Source: an uncultured Lishizhenia sp.
GTDB lineage: Bacteria > Bacteroidota > Bacteroidia > Flavobacteriales_D > Crocinitomicaceae
Assembly (NCBI GenBank): GCA_964506255.1
Contig: CAZDKE010000005.1
Location: forward strand, 2,876-66,875
DNA: 64,000 nucleotides
Direction of reading: 5' to 3'
Below are positions 9,700-18,280 of the stretch, in pieces (position 1 is the stretch's first letter; each line of letters opens with the position of its first letter). The translations under genes were made by a program, and so were the position numbers. Below the pieces are notes generated by a model. It saw nothing but the letters and a program-made list of their open reading frames with translations, did not search any database and was not told the DNA's origin.

Positions 9700-10656
9700 T
9701 TAAAATTGAAATTTAGGTGAGTTTTGTTCTTTAAGTGCGTTCGTAAATTCTGTAACAATATCTTCTACAACTTGTTTCGCGGGAATAATTTCATTGATTA
9801 AACCTGAAATTTGACCAATTTCTAATTCTCCTTCCACAATATCGCCTTCAAACATACCTTTTTTAGCGCGACCTCTGCCTAATAATTTATTCAAATCGTC
9901 AACACTTGCATTTTGCTCGTAGGCATTTTCAAGTTGTTTGAAGAATTCATTTTTCACCAAACGCACTGGAGTTAATTCTTTCAAGGTCAATAAAGTATCG
10001 CCTTCTTGTGCATCAACAACCACTTTCTTAAAGTTTTCGTGCGCACTCGATTCAGGCGTTGCGACAAATCTACTTCCGATTTGAACGGCGTCGGCTCCAA
10101 GATTCATTGCAGCGAGCATTCCACGTCCTGTTCCGATACCACCTGCAGCAATCAATGGAATCTTAATCGCTTTCGCCACCATTGGAATCAAACACAAAGT
10201 CGTCGTTTCGTCTCTACCGTTGTGTCCGCCTGCTTCAAAACCTTCTGCAACCACAGCGTCAACACCAGCTTCTTCTGCTTTTTTAGCAAATTTCACACTT
10301 GAAACAACGTGTACAACTGTAATTCCGTGTGCTTTTAAGTGAGCTGTCCACGTTTTTGGATTTCCCGCTGAGGTGAACACGATTGGCACTTTATGTTTGA
10401 TAATTGTTTCGATATGTTTGTCGATATCTGGGTAAAGCATTGGGAGATTCACTGCGAAAGGTTTATTTGTTGCTGCTTTACATTTTTGAATCTGTTGGTC
10501 TAAAATTTCGGGATACATTGAGCCGGAGCCAATAATTCCCAAACCGCCAGCATTAGATACAGCGCTTGCTAATTCCCAACCGGAGCACCAAATCATTCCA
10601 GCTTGAATAATTGGATAGTGTATGTTAAACAAGGTACAAATTCTGTTGCTTTCCAT
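9700..10656 (-). CDS. NAD(P)H-dependent flavin oxidoreductase of the nitronate monooxygenase / FabK family
   Basis: YPIIQAGM, GGLGIIG and EGFEAGGHNG motifs of the 2-nitropropane dioxygenase/FabK TIM-barrel family. Confidence 0.8.
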   Translation of the reverse strand: MESNRICTLFNIHYPIIQAGMIWCSGWELASAVSNAGGLGIIGSGSMYPEILDQQIQKCKAATNKPFAVNLPMLYPDIDKHIETIIKHKVPIVFTSAGNPKTWTAHLKAHGITVVHVVSSVKFAKKAEEAGVDAVVAEGFEAGGHNGRDETTTLCLIPMVAKAIKIPLIAAGGIGTGRGMLAAMNLGADAVQIGSRFVATPESSAHENFKKVVVDAQEGDTLLTLKELTPVRLVKNEFFKQLENAYEQNASVDDLNKLLGRGRAKKGMFEGDIVEGELEIGQISGLINEIIPAKQVVEDIVTEFTNALKEQNSPKFQF

Positions 10657-10791
10657 CGTTTTTAATTTTTACGAAATTAGTTAATAAGTTCTTTTTAATT
10701 CAATCTTATTCATTGGAATTCAGACCTTGTTTTTTACATATTCTAATAAATTCACTTTTTTTTCCTATTTTAGTAAATCAAAACTCAGAAA

Positions 10792-13700
10792 ATGAAATTT
10801 TATATAAGTTTAGTATTAATCATTTTAAGTTGCTCTCTCCAAATAAACGCTCAGTCACTAGCAGGTGTTAAACAATTACACACGCACAATAATACCGGAA
10901 AAACGCTCATAGAAAACAAAGGTCAGTGGCCAAAAGGTGTTGTTTTTCGAGCAAATATGGATGGCGGAAAATTGTGGGTACTCGAAAATAAAATGATTTT
11001 CCACTTGCAAGATTATTCGGCGATGCACAAAGCACACGCTATGAATACGCCTGGATTTACTGGAGAAACAATTAAAGAAACTTTGGTGCATTTGAATTTT
11101 GTTGGATCCAAAAAAGCGACTCGAATTGAAAAAAATAACCCAACTAAATTTTATTACAATTACTTTATCGGTACTGACCAAAGCAAGTGGGCATCTGATG
11201 TACACGGCTTTGAATCTGCTGTGATGAAAGAGTTTTACACTGGAATTGATTTTAAAGTTATCGGTCAAGGTGATGAAGTTAAATATGAATTTATAGTTCA
11301 ACCTAAAATAGATCCTTCTGTAATTAAATTGAACTATGCAGGACAAAAAAATCTTCGAATCGACCGAAAAGGAAATTTGGTAATTGATACCGAATTAGGA
11401 AAAATCTTTGAAAATAAACCTTATGCGTATCAAATTATTGAAGGTCAAAAAAAGGAAGTGGCAGTTAAATTTGTTTTGGAAGGTGATAATGTTACGTTTG
11501 ATTTGGGTAAATACAATCCAAATTTTCCTTTAGTTATAGATCCAGTGCTTATTTTTTCAACTTATGTAGGTGCAACCTCAGATAATTTTGGAATGACAGC
11601 CACTTATGGTCATGATGGAACTGCTTATTCTGGCGGAATTGTTTACGGAAATAACTTTCCAATTCCAGATAATCAGACTTATGACATTACTTCAAACTTT
11701 ACGGCCTTGTCAGGTTCTTATGGAGTTACAGATGTATTCATTACAAAATACAATCCGACAGGAACACAAATGTTATGGAGTACTTTCATTGGTGGAGGAA
11801 ATAATACTGCAGGTACAGAAACGGTTCACAGTATGATTTGTGATTTAGATGATAATCTCTATTTTTTTGGTGCAACTTCAAGTTCAGATTTCCCAACCAC
11901 AGCAAATGCTTTTGATCAAACTCACAATGGCGGTGGAACTGCTGAGTTCTATTTTAATGGTGTTTATTATTCTAGTCAAGGTTCAGATATTTATGTAGCT
12001 AAGTTGAGCACAAATGGTCATAATTTATTGGGTTCAACACTTGTAGGAGGCTCAGCAAATGATGGAGTTAATTATACAGATGCCTCACTTCCTTATAATT
12101 CTGTAAATGCTTATTCTGGTTTAATTTCAAACTACGGTGACCAATTTAGAGGGGAAATAATGCTCGACCAAAATAACAATGTTCTCGTCGCATCTTGTAC
12201 AAAATCATCTAATTTTCCTGTTGCAAATGCCGTTCAAGGAACAAATGGAGGTGGACAAGATGGTGTTGTTTTCAAATTAGCAGCAGATTTTCAAAGTTTG
12301 CTTTTTTCAAGTTATTATGGAGGTTCTGCCGATGATGCTTGTTATTCCGTCAAAGTGGATGATTTTGATAACATCATTTTTGCAGGAGGAACCAAATCAA
12401 CAAATTTAATAGCAACAACAGGTGGATGGCAGCCTGCAAATGCTGGAGGTACGGCTGAAGGATTTGTAGTGAAATTACCTCCAACAGGAAATAATATTAC
12501 CCAAGCAAGTTACATCGGGAGAAATCAATACGATCAAGTTTTCTTTGTTGAAGTGGACCGAGATAATAATATCTTTCTACTTGGTCAATCCGTTGGTGGA
12601 ACTTTTCCAGTTGTCAATGCGCCTTATTCAAATGGAAACAGTAGCAATTTTATCATCAAATTAAATCCTGCCCTAAACACCAATCTAGCATCAACTCGAT
12701 TTGGAAATGGAAGTACAGCAATCAATGTTTCGCCAGCGGCATTTTTAGTCGATGTTTGTGGAAATATCTATGTTTCCGCTTGGGGAGCGAATATTTTACA
12801 AAGTACAGCATTGAACGGAATGCCGGTTACACCCGATGCATTTCGTTTAACACCTCCAAATGGTTTTGATTTTTATTTGTTGGTACTTGAACGAGACTTC
12901 GGTGGTATTCTTTATGGTTCATACATTGGCGGAAATCAATCTCAAGAACACGTTGATGGTGGAACTTCTCGCTTCGATAAAAATGGAATTGTGTATCAAT
13001 CAGTTTGTGCAGGATGCAGTAATCACGATGATTTTCCAACCACTCCAGGTGCTTGGTCGGCAACAAATAATAGTAGCAATTGTAACAATGCAATCTATAA
13101 ATTCGACACGGGTGTAATTCCAAATGCAGAATTTACTACCGATCAAGTTGAAGGTTGCCAAGATTTTACAGTAACCTTTGACAACAGTTCTTCGGAAGAC
13201 GATTCGTTTCTTTGGGATTTTGGCAACGGAAATTTGGATTCAGTTACCGTAAATCCAGTTATAACTTACGATACACCAGGTACCTACCAAGTAAATTTAT
13301 ATGTAACAGATAGCTTTTGTTTGATAGTTGACACTGCTCGCGTTACCATTACTGTGTTAGACTCTATCCAAATTGATGTTCCAGACACCTTAAAATTATG
13401 TAACTCACTTCCAACTCAATTGATTGCAAATAGCTACGGAACAGGCGATTATTTCATTTGGTCAACGTCTCCGAATTTTACAAATCCCCTAAATATCCCA
13501 TCAGATTCAATAATAACAGTTTCTCCTCCTGATGGTAAATATTATATTAAAGTTGGAAATCAATATTGTAATAGAATAGATAGTGTAGTGGTAATTTTTG
13601 ATGTACCGCCAACTGCCGAAATAACCTTAAATAATCAACAAGGATGTGCTCCTTTGACCGTCACGGTTACAAATTCTTCCGTACAAACAAGTTATTTCTT

Positions 13701-14871
13701 ATGGAATTTTGGAAATGGAACCCTTGATTCAGTGAACACAACAACATCTGTAACTTATTCAACGCCAGGAACCTATCAAATAACCCTCACAATAGTTGAT
13801 GATGTCTGTTCTACAAACGATACCGAAACTGTCACCATTGTTGTTTCTCCTGGAGTAACTATAAATTTAGTGGATACAATTTCCTTATGTGCTTCTGTTC
13901 CTATTACTTTTAATCCAATTGTGGGTGGTGGAGCAACAGAATTCATTTGGTCTTCAACTAATCAATTTAGCGATACCTTAAATACCGATTTATCCCAGTC
14001 TTCACTAACAGTAAATGACCCAGCAACTGGATATTATTATTTTCAAGCAAGTAGTAATGAGTGTGAAAATAGCGATAGTGTTTATGTTGAATTTACAAGT
14101 GCAAGTTTGTCTTTAACTGGTGATAATTTAATTTGTTTAGGTGAAACAACAACTATCACTGCTGTAAGTGCCAATCCATCTATTACGTTTACGCATTCGT
14201 GGTCGCCTTCTACTATTATTGTTTCGCCAACAACAAGTAACCAAGTTCAAGTAAATCCAACGACTTCGCAATATTTATATTTAAATGCTAGTTCTTCCAA
14301 TGGTTGTTTCATTGAAGATTCAATTTATATTTCAGTTTCAACCATAAATCCAACAAGTGTAGTTGCAAGTGCTTCGCAGACAATCGTTTCACCAGGAACT
14401 ACTGTAGTTTTGAGTGGAACACCTTCAGGGATGAGTTCTTACTCTTGGACACCAACAGTTGGGTTAGCAACGCCTAACGCTCAATCGACAAATGCTTTGG
14501 TAAACGAAACAACAATTTTCACATTGACTGTTTCCGATGGGATATGTGAGGTTTCCGACACAGTGGAGGTTAAGGTTTACACTATCATTTGTGAAGATCC
14601 GTATGTTTTTATTCCAAATGCATTTACTCCAAATGGAGATAATAACAACGATGTTTTGTATGTAAGAGGTATTTGGATTGAAAAAATGATTTTCAGGGTT
14701 TTTGACCGCTGGGGAGAAATGGTCTTTGAATCTACTGATCCGAACTTTGGTTGGGACGGAATTTTTAGAGGGAAAAAATTAGATCCAGATGTTTACGATT
14801 ATTATTTAGATGTTACGTGTATTGGAGGTTTGCAATCCATCACGAAAGGAAATGTTACGTTAATGAAATAA
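10792..14871 (+). CDS. 1359-aa secreted protein with beta-propeller (SBBP-like) repeats, PKD domains and a T9SS type-B C-terminal domain
   Basis: Signal peptide. Repeated ...FPTT.NAFDQT..GG.D.FV.K motifs are SBBP-like. Two PKD modules are present (FLWDFGNG...TYDTPGTYQV). The C-terminus is YVFIPNAFTPNGDNNNDVLYVRG...FDRWGEMVFES...GWDG. Confidence 0.9.
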   Translation: MKFYISLVLIILSCSLQINAQSLAGVKQLHTHNNTGKTLIENKGQWPKGVVFRANMDGGKLWVLENKMIFHLQDYSAMHKAHAMNTPGFTGETIKETLVHLNFVGSKKATRIEKNNPTKFYYNYFIGTDQSKWASDVHGFESAVMKEFYTGIDFKVIGQGDEVKYEFIVQPKIDPSVIKLNYAGQKNLRIDRKGNLVIDTELGKIFENKPYAYQIIEGQKKEVAVKFVLEGDNVTFDLGKYNPNFPLVIDPVLIFSTYVGATSDNFGMTATYGHDGTAYSGGIVYGNNFPIPDNQTYDITSNFTALSGSYGVTDVFITKYNPTGTQMLWSTFIGGGNNTAGTETVHSMICDLDDNLYFFGATSSSDFPTTANAFDQTHNGGGTAEFYFNGVYYSSQGSDIYVAKLSTNGHNLLGSTLVGGSANDGVNYTDASLPYNSVNAYSGLISNYGDQFRGEIMLDQNNNVLVASCTKSSNFPVANAVQGTNGGGQDGVVFKLAADFQSLLFSSYYGGSADDACYSVKVDDFDNIIFAGGTKSTNLIATTGGWQPANAGGTAEGFVVKLPPTGNNITQASYIGRNQYDQVFFVEVDRDNNIFLLGQSVGGTFPVVNAPYSNGNSSNFIIKLNPALNTNLASTRFGNGSTAINVSPAAFLVDVCGNIYVSAWGANILQSTALNGMPVTPDAFRLTPPNGFDFYLLVLERDFGGILYGSYIGGNQSQEHVDGGTSRFDKNGIVYQSVCAGCSNHDDFPTTPGAWSATNNSSNCNNAIYKFDTGVIPNAEFTTDQVEGCQDFTVTFDNSSSEDDSFLWDFGNGNLDSVTVNPVITYDTPGTYQVNLYVTDSFCLIVDTARVTITVLDSIQIDVPDTLKLCNSLPTQLIANSYGTGDYFIWSTSPNFTNPLNIPSDSIITVSPPDGKYYIKVGNQYCNRIDSVVVIFDVPPTAEITLNNQQGCAPLTVTVTNSSVQTSYFLWNFGNGTLDSVNTTTSVTYSTPGTYQITLTIVDDVCSTNDTETVTIVVSPGVTINLVDTISLCASVPITFNPIVGGGATEFIWSSTNQFSDTLNTDLSQSSLTVNDPATGYYYFQASSNECENSDSVYVEFTSASLSLTGDNLICLGETTTITAVSANPSITFTHSWSPSTIIVSPTTSNQVQVNPTTSQYLYLNASSSNGCFIEDSIYISVSTINPTSVVASASQTIVSPGTTVVLSGTPSGMSSYSWTPTVGLATPNAQSTNALVNETTIFTLTVSDGICEVSDTVEVKVYTIICEDPYVFIPNAFTPNGDNNNDVLYVRGIWIEKMIFRVFDRWGEMVFESTDPNFGWDGIFRGKKLDPDVYDYYLDVTCIGGLQSITKGNVTLMK
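13126..14094 (+). repeat. intragenic tandem duplication of a ~163-aa module (PKD domain plus Cys-containing beta domain) inside the adhesin gene
   Basis: Module 1 (13126..13614) and module 2 (13615..14094) align at protein level: GC..FTVTF.NSS...FLW.FGNG.LDSV....TY.TPGTYQ..L...D..C....T..VTI.V. Confidence 0.6.
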
Positions 14872-14886
14872 CTTTTAAAATTAAAA

Positions 14887-15966
14887 ATGAAGAAAATTAT
14901 CACCCCAAAATCAGAAAAATTTTTAGAAAACTACTTGAATAATGCAAGTCCAACAGGTTTTGAATCAGAAGGTCAGAAAATGTGGTTGGATTATGTAAAA
15001 CCTTATATTGATGACTATTTTGTTGATAATTATGGTTCAGTAGCAGGAATCATCAACCAAGGAATGGATTACAAAGTAGTGATTGAAGCACATGCTGACG
15101 AAATTTCTTGGTTCGTTCATTATATCACAAAAGACGGCTTTATTTACCTAAAACGAAATGGTGGTTCTGATCACATGATTGCTCCTTCAAAGCGCGTGAA
15201 TATCCACACTGACAAAGGAATTGTAAGAGCTGTTTTTGGTTGGCCAGCAATTCATATGCGTCATACCAAAGAGGAAACTCCAAGTATGAAAAACATTTTT
15301 CTAGACTGTGGTTGTGCTTCAAAAGAAGAAGTGGAAGCTTTGGGTGTTCATGTAGGTTGTGTAGCGACTTTCGAAGATGAGTTTATGATTTTAAATAAAA
15401 ATAAATATGTCGGACGAGCTTTAGATAATAGAGTAGGAGGGTTTATGATTGCTGAGGTCGCACGTTTATTGAAAGAATCAAAAACGAAATTGCCTTTCAG
15501 TTTATACGTTGTAAATGCAGTTCAAGAAGAAATTGGTTTACGTGGAGCGGAAATGATTGCGCATAAAATTAAGCCTGATGTTGCTTTAATCACAGATGTT
15601 TGCCACGATACAGCGACACCAATGGTTGATAAAATTGAAAATGGCGACCAACAATCAGGAAAAGGTCCAGTGTTGACTTATGGTCCTGCAGTACAAACGA
15701 ATTTCTTGAAATTAATCATCAAAGCAGCAGACAAAAACAAAATACCATTCCAACGTGCGGCAGTTTCGCGCTCAACAGGAACAGATACGGATGCTTTTGC
15801 GTATTCTAATGAAGGAGTAACGAGCGCATTGATTTCTTTACCATTGCGATATATGCATACAACTGTGGAAATGGTTCAAAAAGAAGATGTTGAAAATTGT
15901 ATCCGATTGATTTTTGAAACTTTGAAAACCATAAAAGTAGGTCAAGATTTTAGGTATTTGAAATAA
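14887..15966 (+). CDS. M42 family metallopeptidase (glutamyl aminopeptidase / FrvX-like)
   Basis: EAHADEI, LDNRVGG and QEEIGLRGA motifs characteristic of the M42 family. Confidence 0.85.
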   Translation: MKKIITPKSEKFLENYLNNASPTGFESEGQKMWLDYVKPYIDDYFVDNYGSVAGIINQGMDYKVVIEAHADEISWFVHYITKDGFIYLKRNGGSDHMIAPSKRVNIHTDKGIVRAVFGWPAIHMRHTKEETPSMKNIFLDCGCASKEEVEALGVHVGCVATFEDEFMILNKNKYVGRALDNRVGGFMIAEVARLLKESKTKLPFSLYVVNAVQEEIGLRGAEMIAHKIKPDVALITDVCHDTATPMVDKIENGDQQSGKGPVLTYGPAVQTNFLKLIIKAADKNKIPFQRAAVSRSTGTDTDAFAYSNEGVTSALISLPLRYMHTTVEMVQKEDVENCIRLIFETLKTIKVGQDFRYLK

Positions 15967-15989
15967 ACCAAGACGAAAATTAATTCTGT

Positions 15990-16589
15990 ATGAAAGTAGT
16001 TTCATTTTTTATTTATTTTTTGTTGCTACTTTCATTCAGTGCTTGTAGCCAACCAGAACTTAAAGATGGCGATATTTTCTTTCAATCTTCAACTTCATTG
16101 CAAAGTAAAGCGGTTGAAATTGCTACCAATTCTCCCTATTCACATTGTGGAATTTTGTTTTATGAAAACGGTCAAGCTTATGTTTATGAGGCTGTTCAAC
16201 CAGTTGGAAAACGAAAATTAGAAGATTGGATTGCATCAGGAGTTGGTGGCAAATACGAAGTCAAAAGGTTGAAAGACATATCGAAATTAACACCTGAAAA
16301 TATCAAAGCGATGAAACAATTTGCCGCAAGTCAATTTGGAAAAAATTACGATGGTTATTTCAATTGGAATGACAAAGAATTGTACTGTTCAGAATTAGTT
16401 TGGAAAGTTTACTTTGAAAAATTAGGGATTAAACTAGCGAAACCTATGCCACTTCGAGATTTTAATATTGATGCAATTGAAGTTAGACGGATTTTGGAAA
16501 AAAGGTATGGCAATCAAATTCCTTATGATGAATCGATGGTGGCCCCAAGTCAATTGTTTGAATCTGATTTATTAGTATCACCAGAGTGA
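15990..16589 (+). CDS. YiiX/YebB-like permuted NlpC/P60 cysteine hydrolase lipoprotein
   Basis: Lipobox LLSFSAC. The SPYSHCGIL and LYCSELVWKVY motifs are typical of the YiiX family. Confidence 0.7.
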   Translation: MKVVSFFIYFLLLLSFSACSQPELKDGDIFFQSSTSLQSKAVEIATNSPYSHCGILFYENGQAYVYEAVQPVGKRKLEDWIASGVGGKYEVKRLKDISKLTPENIKAMKQFAASQFGKNYDGYFNWNDKELYCSELVWKVYFEKLGIKLAKPMPLRDFNIDAIEVRRILEKRYGNQIPYDESMVAPSQLFESDLLVSPE

Positions 16590-16662
16590 TTTTTTTCTAT
16601 TCTCACTTTAAATTGTACCCGATTTCCACAAATTTCGTTTGACTTAATTACATTACATAATT

Positions 16663-17232
16663 ATGAACTTCTATTCTTTTGGTGTTGTTTTAACCCTGTC
16701 TTTCCTTGCATTTGCTTGTGAAGAAACAAATCCGAATGAGCCTAAACAAGAACTGTTGGAAGTTGAAAAAGATAAGATTGAAGACAAAGAAGTTACTGAT
16801 TCTGAAGAAGAACAAATCATTGAAGAACAAACAAAACAATCTAATAAAACAAACTCAGTAAATTCAAAGGAACCTGTTGTTTCAACTCTTTCAAATTCTA
16901 TTGCTAAAAAACAAGCAAGTACAAAAAAACAAGTAATTGAAGAAAAAAAAGAGGTGATACCACCGAAATGGAAAAACACTTATTCGCAAGATAAAAAATG
17001 GATGGAGTTGTATGAATCGTCACGCACTTTTTTTCTGAATGGTTGGGATACCGAGTTTTATAGCAATCCTGATGCTTCGATTTCTAGAGATGAATTATTG
17101 CTTGCCTATCGCAAACGAATGGAAAATATCTTTTACGAAACTCCTTCATTCATTGAGTTTTGTGTGCAAGAAATGAAAGTCTCATCTGAGTTTGAATTGT
17201 TTTGTCAAAAGTGGAAGGAGAATGTGAATTGA
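16663..17232 (+). CDS. lipoprotein of unknown function with an acidic/Lys-rich low-complexity linker
   Basis: Lipobox LAFAC, a Glu/Lys-rich stretch (EVEKDKIEDKEVTDSEEEQIIEEQTKQ), and a structured C-terminal ~90 aa. Confidence 0.55.
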   Translation: MNFYSFGVVLTLSFLAFACEETNPNEPKQELLEVEKDKIEDKEVTDSEEEQIIEEQTKQSNKTNSVNSKEPVVSTLSNSIAKKQASTKKQVIEEKKEVIPPKWKNTYSQDKKWMELYESSRTFFLNGWDTEFYSNPDASISRDELLLAYRKRMENIFYETPSFIEFCVQEMKVSSEFELFCQKWKENVN

Positions 17233-17422
17233 GATAGCTTGATTCGACTCGTTTTAATGGTTTCAGTTTCATTTTAGAGGAATTTAAACACTCTTTAATC
17301 GCAGAAAGATGAACCAAAACTAGACCTATTTGCGTTCATTGTTCCTAACAAACTTTTAACTCCAAGGAATTGTTAGATTTATGGAAAAATAGTTGGTTTA
17401 GCATCTTAGTAAAAATGCATAT

Positions 17423-18167
17423 ATGAAGATTACAATTCCTGAGCCATGTGACCAAAAATGGAGTGAAATGCAAGCGTGTGTCAAATCGTTTCTGTAACAA
17501 ATGTGAGAAACAAATTATTGATTTCACGTATTATTCAGACGCTGCTTTAACAAAAGTGATTGAAGAGAATGAAGGTCGCATTTGCGGAAAATTCACTAAA
17601 GATCAGTTAGATAGGGAATTGATTTCAAGTTACAAGAAGCAATCATTTTTCTCGAATATCTCAGCGCGTTGGTTGGGTTTATGGTTGTTTTTGTCTTCAC
17701 CTTTTAATTCTATCAAAGCACAAACACCAATATAAGTGTCTCCTGAATTGAAAACGACAAATGTTGACACGAATCAATTTTTTATTTCTGGAACTGTTCT
17801 TAACCAAAATAATGAACCTGTTCAGGGAATTAAAGTAAAATTAGTAGAACTTGGATTAATGACTCGATCAGACTTTGATGGTAAATTTAAGTTTGTCTTT
17901 GAAAGCAATGCTACGGCAAGTTATTCATTAGAGTTTAATGGAACTGCTGTTTCTAAGGAATTGGAAGGATTTAGTCAAGATGATACATTAAGAATAAATA
18001 ATGTTCAGGCAAATACATCAGATATTAAATTGCAGATAATCAGTAAAAAGATAAGTGAAATCGATTTGAAAGGAGAAATTGCAGTTGTTGTGGTTAAGTC
18101 TAAATTTAGTATTTTCCGACCTAAAACATGGAATATAAGAAGTCACAAACGTTCCAGAAAGAAATAG
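17423..18167 (+). pseudogene. disrupted gene for a zinc-ribbon + carboxypeptidase-regulatory-like domain protein (one frameshift and one in-frame TAA)
   Basis: ATG 17423 gives MKITIPEPCDQKWSEMQ..., which stops after 24 codons. The family continuation ...RFCNKCEKQIIDFT lies in the +1 frame (track ORF 17448..17735). TAA at 17733..17735 is followed in the same frame by VSPELK...FFISGTVLNQNNEPVQGIKVKL, which is CarboxypepD_reg-like. Confidence 0.65.
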
Positions 18168-18280
18168 GATGATTTTTAATCTTTAATTTGATAGATAGCA
18201 TCCTACGTTGTATGAGTTGATGAATCATTAATAATATCTAATTTCAGAATTGTAGCTTGTTCTTTCATTTACCTTTTATT

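Noticed and set aside
10876-11346. 156-codon ORF antisense to the 5-prime part of the 1359-aa adhesin gene
   Set aside because: It lies entirely inside a well-supported long gene on the other strand, the protein looks like AT-rich antisense noise (Ile/Phe/Asn/Ser-rich), and there is no promoter box.
16671-16979. 102-codon ORF antisense to the low-complexity part of the lipoprotein gene
   Set aside because: It is a product of the repetitive GAA/AAA-rich sequence. The sense strand has a lipobox and a structured C-terminus.
17448-17735. Treating the GTG-initiated 95-codon ORF and the following 143-codon ORF as two intact genes
   Set aside because: The conserved N-terminal motif (IPEPC...W) sits upstream in another frame. 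The two ORFs are separated only by a single in-frame TAA, so a disrupted single gene is the simpler reading.
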